From Lama glama (taxonomy: Eukaryota): DNA of 64,000 nucleotides. Both the position numbers and the translations under genes were made by a program. The notes under the pieces were generated by a model that did not search any database, was not told the DNA's origin, and was given only the letters and a program-made list of their open reading frames with translations. Below are positions 49,401 through 62,513 of this stretch, piece by piece; positions within the stretch are counted from its first letter, which is position 1, and every line of letters begins with the position of its first letter. The stretch lies in contig CM052817.1 in NCBI GenBank assembly GCA_028534125.1, forward strand, positions 91,824,001 to 91,888,000. Direction: 5' to 3'.

Positions 49401-52309
49401 GTTGAAAGGAGGGCCCATATTCTGTGTCTACAAGAAGCACAGGGGGGAGTTAAAAATAAGACAATGTCTGACCTGGTGGCTGATAAGTGGGTTAAACTGT
49501 ACATCTGGGTCTGGCTCTCCCTAGTCAAGAGGCTGATCAGAAGGAGAACCAGAAGGTATGGGAAAAGGTGAAGGCCAAATGAGCCTCACTGGAAAGAATA
49601 GTTTTAAATTTAGAGTATGGACATCATTTACATCATAACAATATTGTGCTTGATGGCAACAAAATCCTCAAGTACAGACTAGTTACCAACCCAGATGAGA
49701 TCCACTGTCATTTACCCACTCAGATTTTAATGTGTCATGTTGGCTCCAACCTATCAAAATACCCCTTTACGGTTCATTCGTGGTTCAGTTCATGTCCTTG
49801 AAGTTTTATGTAAAATTTTTAAAAGTTAGTTTTCTATAATTGTTAACATTCTAAGTAATATTTGTTATTTAAAGAAGTTATAGAGAAAACTATCTTATAG
49901 GAAAACATGGCTCAGGATGCTTACTAAAAACAAAATCACATATGCACATTTAAACTATGTAAAAACCCCACACGTTCCATGAATTCTATGAGGTTTACAG
50001 ACAAATAGAACTCCTGGTTTTGTAGACCGTAACTTTTCAGTTTCCTTAAAATTCTCACTTGCCTAAAATCCAATTTTATTTAGATTCACTGTTTTTTTTT
50101 TTTTTTTTTGGTTTTCCTTCTGGACCCTGTGTATTTGTAGCTAGTTGACTTGTGGCTTGTATCAAAACAAAAGACAGAAAAAGAGCAAGTAGTATTTTAT
50201 AAAATCTAAGCTTCTACAGGATTCTATGTAAAAGAAAAGTAAACATTTAAACAATGGCAGAACAAAATCCTAAAATATAGTTTGAAGTCATTATTACTAT
50301 CTTAGCCCTCCCTGTTCATCCAATTAACCTTACTATGCATTATTACAAAGATGATACTTCCTGATTTGCCCAGGACCTCTCTGGCTTACAGAGTTGTCCT
50401 GGTGACCTGTTTGGTTAGTGTACCTCAAGTGTCCTGATTTGGATGATAAATTATATGGAATTGTCCAAGGTTTTCCATGAGCCCACAAGATAAGCAAGGT
50501 TGGGTTGTCAACATCTAGCACTGGTGCAAACCTCAACCTCATACATTTTCTTTGCTTCCAAAAGAATTGCTGAGAATAGAGCTTTGGCTGTACACATATA
50601 CCTAAGACTATTTGTAAGATGAAAGAAAGGAAACAGGGAGCATTTTACTAAAATGTAGTCAACCTAGAAGATTACAGTTGGCCCTAGAAGAGTACTCATA
50701 TTTCCACAAAAGTGGGAAATCATGGTAGTTTTGAAACTGAAATTTCTTTGGCTTTTTAACATTCACTTTTTGGGTGAGTTAAGTTCCAGAACTTTCTCTA
50801 GTTACATTCTCCTTTCAGTCCCATTAGGTACCTTCTTTCTGAAGGTACCAATGGCCCTAAAATCTTGCAGACTTCTCACTGAGGCTCCAACAGCTGACCA
50901 GAACTACGAACTAAAGGCCAACCTCTTCTCAGATACAGATCATCACAGTTATAACAGTCCAATCTTTTGGGGTGCTGTTTATCTATGGCCTAGGATTGCT
51001 ACTGGCTGGCACGTTTGGTACCACAGAGTTAATATGCCACCTGGACAATTTCCTTCTTCTCCAGGGCTTTTTGAGGCTCCTCAAAGGAAGGCCAGCTTCC
51101 TTTCACTCTGAAAATCCAGTCTATACTGCCAATGTCCAAAGCTGTAAACGCTGGAGCTCAGAGGGAAATACAGAAGAAAAGGAAGAAAAAGAGCAAGAAA
51201 GGGCAACCAAATTGTTTGAGAATGTAGAATGTCTTCAGGCTTTACCTCTTCTCAAACCCTAACAACCAACATATAAATAGTCCATTATTCCCATTTTCCA
51301 TACCGAAGGCCCATGTTCTTTCCTGGCAATATGGGGCTGATATAAAAAATAAGTGAAACAACTTGGGTGGGCACACTGGCTCAGGCCCTTATGCAGAAAG
51401 TGCATTTGTGTACCTGGCTTCAGGACTCCTCTTGAGATTGCAAAGGAAATAGGAAAGCATGGTTGTGTTGGCAGATTGTGATCATTTTGGCTTGTAGACA
51501 GATGGTCTCACGTGAAAACAATGGCCACTTGTGAAGAGCTGATCATGCAATGAGGGTGAAGGGTCGTCCCCGAGTGAAAATGACTTAGTGTCTTCTTGAG
51601 TGAATAGACGAGTGGGTCACTGATTGGAGTAGAGACATGAAAGCTGCCCTTCTAAGTCTGTACCTGGTTGCTCTCAAACAAAGAAAAGGTTTCTAAGAGC
51701 CTGATTACCTCAGAACATGCTGCTAATTGAAATTTGAGTTGGGCTGACAACACGGCCATTCTCACCCTGGTTCCACCAGCTACACCGGCTATACTAACCA
51801 TACCGAGTAAGAGATTCATAGGTTCACCACCTACAGGAATTGGGCTCAAAGGAGGTACAAATTTTGGAACCACTGAAAACACATTTTGGAACATTTCTTC
51901 TATACTCATAAAAATCATCTAATCAACTGTATCATCCCCATGTTACTGAGCAAGGCTTGATGAAAACTTTGCAAAGCATAACAGTTTTAGGGGTAAGTCT
52001 CACAGTTTTTATAACCTCTCTGCAAATCAACTTGTGCCCATGTAATGGTCACAGAGTAAACCCTACAAGATATAGAAAGCCTCTTGAGTCTAAAGGGTGT
52101 GAAACTTATCATCAGTAGCTTCACTTTATTCCCCGTGTTCACGAAGGCTCAGAGGCTGTGTATCTCCAGTTGTGTGCCACTTCTCCCAGTTCTGGACTGT
52201 TAGTGATCCATTCCAGGAACTTCACCTTTGCCAAAGTGTGTAAGAAGCTTTCTGGTTCATTGTCTCTGCCTTCCTCATAGATGCCGCTATTGTGAAACAG
52301 AAAGAGCAC

Positions 52310-52495
52310 AGGAAGTTTGGCTCCTGGCTCTGCCCTTGATAAGTTGGGTGATCTTGGCCAACTCTTGTACCCTTTATGGGCCCCCGTTTCCTTATTTATA
52401 AAATACTTGTCCTCGCAGGTGAGGATTAAAAGAAATAACATATGTGGAAATAACCTGTCAACGGGAACGCACAGTACGCACGTTATCACCGTCCT
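52310..52495 (+). mobile_element. MIR SINE
   Basis: CCTGGCTCTGCCCTT..GGGTGATCTTGGCCAA..GTTTCCTTATTTATAAAAT..GTGAGGATTAAAAGAAATAACATATGT. Confidence 0.75.
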
Positions 52496-53184
52496 CTTAC
52501 GTTACAAGTGAAGGACTGATGACACCAAAAGACTAAGACAATTAAGTGACCTGAATCAGGAAGCGAGTCCATCACAGACCTGCACTCAGCCAGCACCTAC
52601 ACATCTGGGCCATGTGCGCCCCCTCATTGGTGCTTCCACCTATACATGCAGCTAAGGACAGGCTTCTAATGCTCTTAAAGTTTCATCAGTTTCAAGTGGT
52701 ACCATCAAAAAAGTGCCTTCTTTTTTCATAATAGTATGTTCCCCCTTTGAAAATGGTAAAAAACAAAAAACAAAAAACAAAAAAACCCAACTAACCTTGC
52801 TGAGGATGCCCGTGTATTCCAGATACAGAATACATAGCCTTTATATGCTCAAATAAGCAGAGCGAAAGAGGAGCAGGTAGGAGCCTGCAGGTGTATTTGT
52901 TGAGTGTGATGAGGGAGCCAAGCTGGAAGGATGCTTTGAGGATTATGGAGAGAGCCTGGAGGTCCCCAGGGTGCAGGGTTTTCAAGGCTGGGTGATAGGC
53001 AAACAAAAGGCTCTTCAGGAGGCAACGCTCTTTGATCACGTCTGCGCAAGGAGAGCAGCAAAGCTGGTACTAACCCCTCAGTGTTTATTCCCTTGCTAAG
53101 GTCTTTAACATCCTACTCAGAAAATCGGAGATGTTAATGGGGGAAGAAACTTCAGTACCCCCAAGGTTAAGGGACTGGATGGGG

Positions 53185-53375
53185 TAAAATACCAGCTCCA
53201 CCTGTTACCAGCTATGAGACCTGGGTGACTTCCTTAGCCTTTCTGTGCCTCAGTTTCTTCACCTGAAAACAGAAAAATCACCTCCTAGGTTGTTTGAGAA
53301 TTAAGTCTGATGTCTACAAAGCATTCATCTCAGTGTCTGGCATGTAGTAAGTGTTCTAGAAATGTCACCTGTTTT
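53185..53375 (+). mobile_element. MIR SINE; an opposite-orientation MIR fragment follows at about 53395-53525
   Basis: CCAGCTCCACC..AGCTATGAGACCTGGG..CTTTCTGTGCCTCAGTTTCTTCACCTGAAAA..CAGTGTCTGGCATGTAGTAAGTGTTC. Confidence 0.8.
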
Positions 53376-56300
53376 TGCTACAAATTCAGCTTCTCCGGTT
53401 CCCAACGAGAAAACTGAGGGCTAGAAAGGGACAGTGGCTCGCTCAAATCCACAAGGCTCGGGTTAATGGTGAAATAGGGACTATACACCAAATCCTTTTG
53501 CCAGGGTTCCAGTACATTTTACTCCACATCTGATGTTGATTCCAATGCCCACTGTGCCACACCCCAGTGGATGGGCTCTGAGGGCCCTTCTAGGTCTACA
53601 GAATTAATGCTGTTAAATGGCAGAGAACCACATAAAACCATCTCTCCACGTTCTGTGTTAAAGGTGTGGAATATTTTCATGGATAACCCCAGGCTGCAGA
53701 TGATTCACTCAATGCTAATTTGGGCTGGGTAGTAACAGCAGAGAGCAAAGCCCTGGTCTCCAGGGGAGGAGATCTCTGTCCTGGGCGTGATCCCACTCTG
53801 TGTTCAAGATCATCTCTCAGAGTTCAGGGCTCTTGAGGGATTAAGGCCGGCCCTTTACTGCAGAACATGTGATGCTGGGCACTCTGGTCCTCTAGGGCTC
53901 TCTCCAGCAGCATGGTAGCTGTCAGACAAACTCCACTACAGAGATGACCTCCTGTGGATGGCCTCCACCTGGTTGTGGAATCTGAGCCTCAGATGCCCCT
54001 CTGAAGGCTCACTGTGATCCTTCTCAATCTCCTCTCCCAGCTTCCCTCAATTTTCTAAATGTGCTCTCACCCTGGAGAAAGGGAAATCGAGCTTGTGTAA
54101 TCACTAACCCCCATCTACTTTCAACTCCCAATCAACAGACTTGGTCTTGGGGGTAACCCAGTGATTTGAGCTCTGTCTCCTACCCCTACAGTTGGATATG
54201 CTTAAATATCTGAGGTTTTTAGAAGACTCGCCAGAGGATGAATGGGGTGTCACTGGAGCAGGTGTCATATGGTAAGCAATCCTGTTCTCACCCTATTTGA
54301 ATGTGAACTTCATCCTGTGCTACATGCTGGTGGATAATAAATCTCAGGGTCTGACACGTTTGGAGGTCTGAGGGAATGAAGCTGCCGCGAGATAAAAAGA
54401 ATTTCATGCAAAGAGATGAACCAATGTCAGAATAAAAAGTTTATCAACGTATATGTTAGCAGAAAAAAAAAACTGTCCAAATAAAACGGCTTCAGGGATG
54501 TGTACAGTTAAGGCAATTTTAAAAAGCACCAACCCCTCTATTTTTTTCCATTTTCCAACACACGTACTAGATTTATCATCCTAGTGGCATAACTACATGC
54601 ATTGCATAGTGTTCTTTGCTTCCTATTTCCCAAGGATTTCAGTTCTTCAGATTTAAAACCATCAGGGAATTTATAAGGAGTGAAAAATATTCCAAAAAGA
54701 TTGTTTGATAATCCTAAACGGGAAACCTTACATCGTACAGTTCCCTTAACTTTATAAAATGCTTTGATACACATTATCTCATCTTTCTCATGGGCGTCAA
54801 AGGTTTGATACCGTTCGGACAGCGTGAGACTAGTCAGGTCTGTGGAGACTGTATCCGAAACTCCTTCTAAGTGCTAACTTTAATATGGTGGCAAAACATT
54901 TCTTGAGTCTACAGGAAAACAAAATAAACTCATTATGAGGAAACCATTACACACTTCCTTATCAAAATTCCTTAGAAAAATTGTTCTGTTCCAAATGTTA
55001 GCTCTGGAAAACTCCCACTCCCCTAGAAGACTGCTAAGGTCTAGCCTCTTTCAGGGCACCCACCCTCCACTGACCCCTTCTCTGTTGTCTGGATGTGCGT
55101 CCTTCCTTGGGTCTCCAGATGCACCTGAGTTTGCCAGTAACCCGTCTCACTCCACACTGCACTGCACCATCTATCTCCCCTTCCATGGACCACAGCTCCT
55201 TGAGGTCAATGCCAATATTTTGCTTTGATCTTCCCTGTTCTTACCCAGCACAGGGCGAGGCGCCTGGGAGGGATTCAGTATATATGGAATGAATGGAGAG
55301 AAACGCCCATAGGCAACGAGTACCTTATGGAAAGTGTGTAGGGTGAACTGGGTGCCTGCTGATGTAGTCAAAGAAGATTTGGAAGCAATAAGATGAATAG
55401 AGTTTTTATCACTTATGAAGCCAGATTCAATCGGGGCAGAGGAGAAGAGTCAGGAGAAAGATCCTCCTGTTGGAAAGAGGACAATTACAAGGACTTGCAA
55501 TGTAGAGAATCTGGAAGGACACAGGCAGCGACTAACCTTAACTCTCTCTTCTAGCTTCCAGAAATTCTCTGGACAGAAAGACATGGTGGAAGTAGAAGGA
55601 GGCAGCGCGCAGAGCCAAATGCCAGGCATCAGAAAGCAAACGAATGGGAATGGCTTCATCCTGATGTCTTATACCCAGGCAGCTAAAGGTTGGAGAAAAG
55701 CCACTTGTGCAACTTCTGTGAAGGGACGGAGTCTGAGCTAAGGCCACACATAAGCTGAGAGAAATCTGTACCATTAAGAAAAGTGGCTATCTTTCACTTC
55801 CAAACTTAGTGATTCTGGGATGAGTACTGGAGCGTTCTGGTGGCCAATGATAATCCTTGCTATTATTGAAGAACATTACTTGTACTTTTCAGGAGATCGC
55901 AACTAATAAACCATATAATACTGGATAAATCTCTATGCTGTTTTGTTACCTTAAAAGATTTTTAAGACAACAATAAATACATATACGCAAAGGGAGGCAA
56001 AACTGTGCAGGAGCGTCCACATGGTTTCAAATTTTAAATCCTAGCGGTGGAAAAACGAAGGAAAATTCAAGTAAGAAAACGCCATGAAAATACAACATAA
56101 AAGCAGATAATTAATTAGCATAGGCGTAATGAAGTTTTGTAATTTTAAACAACAAACAGAGCCCAAAGCAAACAGGAAACACAAATATCAGTGACATTAA
56201 ACACCAAAAGGAAAGAGGAGTGCGGAGCTGGCTTAACCTCTGCGATGGGGTTTACTGCTGGCTGAGGCATGAAGAGGTTTAAAGGAGATTAAGAAAGATA

Positions 56301-56600
56301 AACAGTAAGCAGTCTGTTGAGCTACTATTTGGCTGCATGCATCCAGCCGGCGGAAGGTCTGTTTTGGAGCTAATGGGTTCACATACACCCAGCAAAGCCA
56401 GGAGAACAGGCGAGGGGGGAGTGATTGCTCTAGAGCCCGATGGTGGTGCCAGACCCCACTCCTCCCACCCCACCTCTACCCAGTGAACACAAAAGGAAAT
56501 TTGCCACTCTCAGCCTCTGATCTGATGGTTTTGGATCTTTTTCTTGATAGTAAATGTCCTTGCCTGTTGTCTTGACTACAATAGCCCTGTTTATTCTCAA

Positions 56601-57075
56601 CATCACAGAATTTCAGAGACTGGACATTCAAGGTCACCAAGTCCACCCATCAATTCATCAAATGGCCACCTTGCTTAGCATCACCTCTAGTGACAAGGAC
56701 CTCATATCTTCCTGAAGCAGTTGTCACCATCCTTGAGCAGCTCTGATTATTAGCGAAATCTTCCTTAGACTGAGCTGAAGTTCATCTTTCTGAAATATCC
56801 ACCTTTGGCCCCTGGGGAGAGAACAAGTCTAAACCACCTACAATGTGTGAACCTTTCAAATATTAGAAAATGCTATTGTGGACTACTCGAATCTTCTCTA
56901 CTTCAGGCTAAATATACTTAGTTCTTTTAACCTTTCATCATATGATCTTAAGCTTTCTCACTACTGTGGCTACTTTTCTCTGCCCACAATCCAGTTTTTC
57001 TCTCTCTCTTGTAAAGTGTGGTATTCACTGGACATATGCCACATACTGTGGTCTGACAAGCACCAGTCACAGTGA
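56601..57075 (-). mobile_element. L3/CR1 fragment
   Basis: CATCACAGAATTTCAGAG..CCTCTAGTGACAAGGACCTCA..CAGCTCTGATTATTAG..TCTTCCTTAGACTGAGCTGAA..TCTTCTCTACTTCAGGCTAAATA. It probably continues at about 57330-57500 beyond a MIR. Confidence 0.75.
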
Positions 57076-57149
57076 ACCATCCCCACCTTTTCTGGGCTAC
57101 CACACACTTCCATCAGGCAGCTGCAGACTGAAAGGAGGACTTGCTACAT

Positions 57150-57310
57150 TTCCTGAGCATCTGTGATGGGACAGGCACAGTAAGCACTTCATATGCATTG
57201 AGTTAAATTCTGAGAACAAGCCTGTGTGTAGGGGCTGCCATTATCCCCATTTTATACCTAAGGGCCCAAAGGCATAGAGAGGTTAAGGAACTTGTTTAAA
57301 GTCACACAGT
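57150..57310 (-). mobile_element. MIR SINE
   Basis: CTGAGCATCT..CAGGCACAG TAAGCACTTCATATGCATT..ATTATCCCCATTTTATA..AGAGAGGTTAAGGAACTTG..AAGTCACACAG. Confidence 0.8.
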
Positions 57311-58409
57311 AGCCGGCAAGCCTTACACTGACTCCTGACATACTTTATTTTGATAGATTCTGTCCAACAGCCAAATTGTGAAGCTCTCTTTAAATCTCCC
57401 TTCCTTCTATCGATGTACTGTATTCATTATTCTTCCCAGCCCCACACCGTATCCAACTACATAAACGTGCTCTTTATAACTTTATCCAAGTCATTCATGG
57501 AATTGTGACCAGGACAGAACTATGGCTGGGTTGCCTAATGATTCTTGGCTCCTTATTTTTTTTTTCCATGCCAGTGGAAATTATTCCATTTGGTCAAATT
57601 ACGAGACTTTATTTTAAAAAATGAATTCACTGTAAGTTCCTTGAATGCTTGTCACATATTTCTTTGCATCCCACACAGCGAGTTAATACTCAGTAAAAAT
57701 TGTTGAAAGAAGTACTGTGTTCTGAAATATGAAGCCGTAGGGAAGGCGCATGGGGGCAGCTCCTGCACTGCCCGCAGTTTTAGGGTAATATGCAAACAGT
57801 TTCTCCACTGCTGACTGTTCTGTCATCAGCCCAGCCTTGCTCGGTTGGCTCTTCCATGCTTCCCACAAGTCAGTTACACTGGTGAACAAATTCAGGATAT
57901 AATGCTTTCGAGATCAAGGATATAACGGGACACTGAGAATTTTAGAAAATGAACCACCTTTATGACTGAATTTATCATTACTGGATCAGAAGTCAGGTGT
58001 TCTGTAATAAAGTCATGATGAGAAGTTATCCGTCTACCATGACAAGCCTGGAATCCAGAAGCTAGAGTGAAAATAAACAGAAGACAGAGGTATATCCCTC
58101 ACCTCTGAGGATGCCACCATGCATTATTCCTCCACCAGCTCGCAAAACATAATAGCACCACAACATCCAAGGGCCGCTGGAGACCTTAGAATCACCATCC
58201 ATCTCAGCGTGCCATGGATCTGCCATTATGGTAGATCAGTTCAGGTCCCCAGATATGCACTCACAGGAAGAACATCTCTGACTTTACCTTGAAAAGTCTT
58301 GTCTTCTGACACCAACGTGATCAGAGGTTCTACTATATTTTATATAAAATACCTTGAAGTACATTGGAGTAAAGAGCCCTAAAAATAGCATTAAGTTCAA
58401 AAGTTGTAA

Positions 58410-58550
58410 CAAGCAATGAGTACTTAATACGTGTCAGGAACAGTGATTGACATGCATTGTCTCATTTAATAGTCACCACAACTTTACAAAAAAGTACAAT
58501 AACACTATTCCCAATTTACCAATAAGTAAACTGAGACAGAGAGGTTAATT
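58410..58550 (-). mobile_element. MIR SINE fragment
   Basis: CATGCATTGTCTCATTTAATAGTCAC..ATTCCCAATTTAC..AAACTGAGACAGAGAGGTTAA. Confidence 0.75.
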
Positions 58551-58609
58551 AGCAGAGTGTGAAAGCTTGACTTGACTTGAAAGCTTGAATGTTTATCCTC
58601 TTAAATACA

Positions 58610-58960
58610 GTGCGTGTTTGTCCAGGTCTTCCAAGATGTAGACACGAAGATGGTATCAAATGTGCCAAGATTTTTGTTTTAAGGGAAAACACTTGTGTGA
58701 GAGAAAATGAGGAGAGAGGCGTCAGGTCACAGTGCAAGTTGCCCTCGAGTGAAGGGGCAAGGTCGATGGGAAGGTCTTAGCCTCACAGCCTGGGGAGCCC
58801 CCAAGTCCGTCTGCCCTCAGAGGAGCCTGGGTTACCCAGGGCGGGTCGGCTTTGGTCAGTGGTTGGTTGGGAACCACTGTAGCAGTGCCTGGAGTTCAAG
58901 GTCAGCCAGGCATAAGCTCATGCTGCCTCCACGAGGCCTTGGGAGAGAGGCCTTCAGTCT
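58610..58960 (-). mobile_element. Old ERVL-type LTR fragment (LTR33/40/41-like group)
   Basis: GTCCAGGTCTTCCAAGATGTAGACACGAAGATGG..AAATGTGCCAAGATT..GGGAAAACACTTGTG resembles reverse ERVL LTR 3' ends. The family assignment is uncertain. Confidence 0.5.
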
Positions 58961-60437
58961 TTCAAGGTGTAAAATGTAAGCATCATCAGAAAGGACTTTC
59001 TTTTGTCAACGAGGACGTCTCACCCCCACACCTGAGTTGCTGGAATCACTGACTCTCAGGCCCCAGAGGTGGAGGGACGTGGCCCGTGGGGGTCTGAGCG
59101 GGACCCCAGCGCCTGGGAAGGGAGGATGGAATCTTTCCTAGCAGCATCTGGAACAGACTCACTGCAGGTTAATCATTCTGCTCGTAAAGAATGTCCCTCT
59201 GCAGACGGTTTCATGGACACTCTGAAAAGAGTTTTCTCATGGCCGTATTCCAGAAGGTTCCCAAAGAGGACTTGCTATGAATGGATCTCATGGAAACAGG
59301 TAGGGATGTTCCAGGGATGGCTCCTGGCTGAGAAGATGCTGTCAACACCCTGTCCGTTAATCTTCTCTTTCTCGTATTTTTTCCTTGTTCCATCACGCCA
59401 GCCATTGCTCTCCCACAAAATAAAGAGAAGTGTGGCAGATCCACTGCCTTTATGTTGCTGAAGCCCCAGGACCTGGTCAGGTACAACTTCATCCATCCTC
59501 TCAGCTCCGGCTCCAACTCAGGCCGGGCACACAGATCACACACAGGGCACCCAATAAGTCTTGAGAGTGTGCCTACACGTACATACCTACCTATGCATAC
59601 GTAAACACACATAATATACACGTGTGTGTAAAACTGCTGGGACTAAAGAGGAAACCCCCCTTTTCCCTGGCAGACATGGGACCACCATGCAATTCACCTG
59701 CCATTTTCCAGCCCTTGACCTCTTGACATCTCTGTGGGGTTGCCGGGTGGCCACCCTCAGACCTCAGGACCTCACTCCTGCCTGGCTGTCCTCAGGCCTC
59801 CGGGACTCCCAGCTGCTTCTTTCTCTTTTCCTCCTTTTGTTCCCGCCTTACTTGCCTAATCCTTAAATATTGGTGTTCCCAAAGGCTTATCCTTGACGGC
59901 TTCTCCTCTCCTTGTGAACACTCTCCCTGTAGGATTTCATCCACTCCCCCACACTAGAACCTTAGCAGCCTTGGCTCCTCCTTATTTTTCTCCCTGCACC
60001 TCCAACTTTATCCTACCATCGAAATCCCTACCAACCTACCACAATACAGCCTCCTCATCACTGTTCCACTGGGGTAAGGGTACTAATATGTATGAGTGTC
60101 TTGCCAAAGCCACACAATCTGTCAGATATGTGATATATATTATCTCACCAGCCCTATAACAATTCAGCAAAACAGATCCTACAAATTCCTATTGCAGATA
60201 GGGGAACCAAAATTTAAATTTGGTCAAGAAGAGTCTTTATTTTGAATCGAGGTCTTGAACACCAAAGGGCAGGCCCCCCTGCAGCCCACCATCAGGCCTT
60301 GCTTATCCTGCCCTCCAGACACTCCCTGGGTGTGGACAGAATTACTTTTTCCAGAAATGAGAATGATCATGCCTTTTATTTTCTAGAAGCCCCTTTTAAT
60401 TATACTCTAGGACTAAGTCCTTCCTTGCTTGTTTGGC

Positions 60438-60612
60438 CAGTGGTTATCAAACTTGTCTGAACAGTGGAATCACCTGGGGAGCTGTGGAAAATACTGATGC
60501 TGGGTACCACTCCCAGAGACTGTGAGTTCACTGGTCTGGGAGGTGGCCTGGTTTTGACATTTTAAAAAATTCCAGGTCATTCTAATGGACAAGTAAGTTT
60601 GGAAAGCACTGA
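60438..60612. mobile_element. MER5A-family element
   Basis: CAGTGGTTATCAAACTT..GAATCACCTGGGGAGCT..AAAATACTGATGCTGGG..CACTCCCAGAGA..GGTCTGGG..CCAGGTCATTCTAATG..AAAGCACTG. Confidence 0.85.
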
Positions 60613-60689
60613 GTTAGGCACCAATGCCCCTCACATTTTGACTCTTCCCTCCCTCTCCAGCACCTAAGTATATTCCCAGCAACAAATCC

Positions 60690-61005
60690 TGCTGTGGATT
60701 TGACCATCCAGTTCCCTGTCCTGGAGTCCTTTTTCTCTTTGACCAACTTCTACATTCTTTGCTATTCAGCTCAAATGTGCCTTTGAGTTTCTCTGCCCCG
60801 ACCACCCACGCTGCCCTTTGCTCTCATCCTTGGCCACACATGCGACCCTGTAATCTAGCTGTCTACACAGTGGCTTCCCCAGACACGTGCTGGGTAAGAG
60901 TGGATACTCCTCCTCACCATCTCTGTGTCTACTCCCAGAACACAGTGCCTGGCAAAGAGGACCTGCTCTATGCATGAACGAATGAATGAACAGATGACTG
61001 AATGA
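60690..61005 (+). mobile_element. LINE-2 3' fragment
   Basis: GTTCCCTGTCCTGGA..TCAGCTCAAATGT..AGAACACAGTGCCTGGCA..ATGAACGAATGAATGAA terminus. Confidence 0.7.
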
Positions 61006-61079
61006 GTCAGTAAATACCTATATAAGAAGCAGAAGGGACACTGGACTAGGACTCTCTGGAGACCCAATCTAAGTTGCAT

Positions 61080-61330
61080 ATGGAGTGGAAAAGCTTTGGA
61101 TTTGGAGCTGTACAGACCTGAATTTGAACACTGGCTCCAGTTACGAGCTATGTGATCCTTCTTAGGCTGGTGATTAAATACTCTGAGTTTCAGTTTCCTC
61201 TTCAGCAAAATAGAATAATAGTAATACCTTTCATTATAGGGTGGCTGTGAAGGTAGGAATTAATATTTGTGAAATGCTTAGCATAACATCTCACACTCAA
61301 GTATTAAAAATATGTTAACTTTATTATGAC
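61080..61330 (+). mobile_element. MIR SINE, near full length
   Basis: GTGGAAAAGCTTTGGATTTGGAG..AGACCTGAATTTGAA..CTCTGAGTTTCAGTTTCCTC..AATAATAGTAATACCT..ATAGGGTGGCTGTGAAG. Confidence 0.85.
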
Positions 61331-61606
61331 ATCACTAGCCTTGGTTTGTTCATTTGTGTGCTGTGAGATTTTTTTGAATGTTACATAATGTTTCTGTATC
61401 TTTTTCTCATCTATGAAATAGTCACAGTAATATCGTTTCTTCCTCTCTCAAAAGGAAGACGAAATCTTCATTTTGAAAGAACATAACATGTTCTACAAGT
61501 GCAATACATTACAATTGTGTACGTTTGTGTTTACTTCCTAATCTCTGTCCTTTCATCTGTCTTCTATGATAATATCAGAGCAAGGATTTTTCTTGTACCA
61601 CAAGCT

Positions 61607-61833
61607 CTCGAAAGCTCGTTTGGAGGTTCTAGCAGGGGAGCGCAGTTCCTCGTGTACCCTTGATGGAGAAGAACGATCCTCCTCTACTGAGGAAGGTCGT
61701 CTTCTTCGACAGAGTGCGCAGCTTCGGGAGGGACGCCCAGGAGGAAGGGGGCACCCACCTAGCCACCCACATCAGCTGAATCAACCCTGGTGATCAATGG
61801 GGTATTTGTCGCAGCCAGATCGCCCTCACATCC
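61607..61833 (-). pseudogene. 7SK snRNA retropseudogene (RN7SKP-type), 3'-truncated
   Basis: The minus strand begins exactly at the 7SK 5' end (GGATGTGAGGGCGATCTGGCTGCGACA) and follows 7SK to GCGCTCCCCTGCTAGAACCTCCAAAC. It has substitutions, a deletion of about 12 nt, and no 3' stem-loop. Flanked by ACCACAAGCT / ACCACAAACT. Confidence 0.95.
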
Positions 61834-62377
61834 ACCACAAACTGTTGACACGTGAGGGGAATACATCCAGAAACATTCTTACATCCAAATTTGCAAATAC
61901 TACCAGACAGACACATTTCCCCAGAAAATACAACCAATTATAAGTGAATATTTCATTAGGGTCACACCTTCAGATCCATGATGACTTGACAAATATGAGA
62001 CTGAAGGAACTTTTTAAGTTTTAAAAATAATATGTATGCCACAAAAATCATTTCCCACCATACGTGTCAGTGACATCACTCTCAAAGTAAGGACAGACAT
62101 GAACTTAATCACATTTGGAAAATCTAAACAGTAGTGATGAATAACAACAAATTCTCATTTCTTGAGCACTACTCTGAGGTAGATGACAAGCAGGAACACA
62201 GAAGTGGAAAGAAGGTTCAGACCCTGGGCCTTTCTGGGCCACTGTGGGCTTAGTCACAAACTCACTGATTTGCTTGGGCCTCAGACTGGCTTCAAATTCA
62301 TACTCCAGTATAATTACTTATACTTTCTTTCTTTGGCTTTATTTGTGATGAATAAAAATCTGGAATGATAAATTTTT

Positions 62378-62513
62378 TTCTTTCTTGGGGAGGCAGTAAT
62401 CAGGTTTGTTTATTTAGTTATTTATTTATTTAACGGAGGTACCAGGGATTGAACCCAGGACCCCGTGTATGCTAAGCATGTGCTCTACCACTGAACTGTA
62501 CCCTCCCCCTCTT
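62378..62513 (-). mobile_element. vic-1-type camelid SINE
   Basis: The minus strand reads GGGGGAGGGTACAGTTCAGTGGTAGAGCACATGCTTAGCATACACGGGGTCCTGGGTTCAATCCCTGGTACCTCC. Perfect 15-bp TSD GAATGATAAATTTTT at 62363-62377 and 62514-62528. Confidence 0.95.

Noticed and set aside
53185..53525. Adjacent inverted MIRs as a dsRNA structure
   Set aside because: The copies are too diverged to form a long duplex.
61607..61833. Functional 7SK gene
   Set aside because: The 3' quarter is missing, there is an internal deletion, and I see no terminator T-run or recognisable upstream PSE/TATA.
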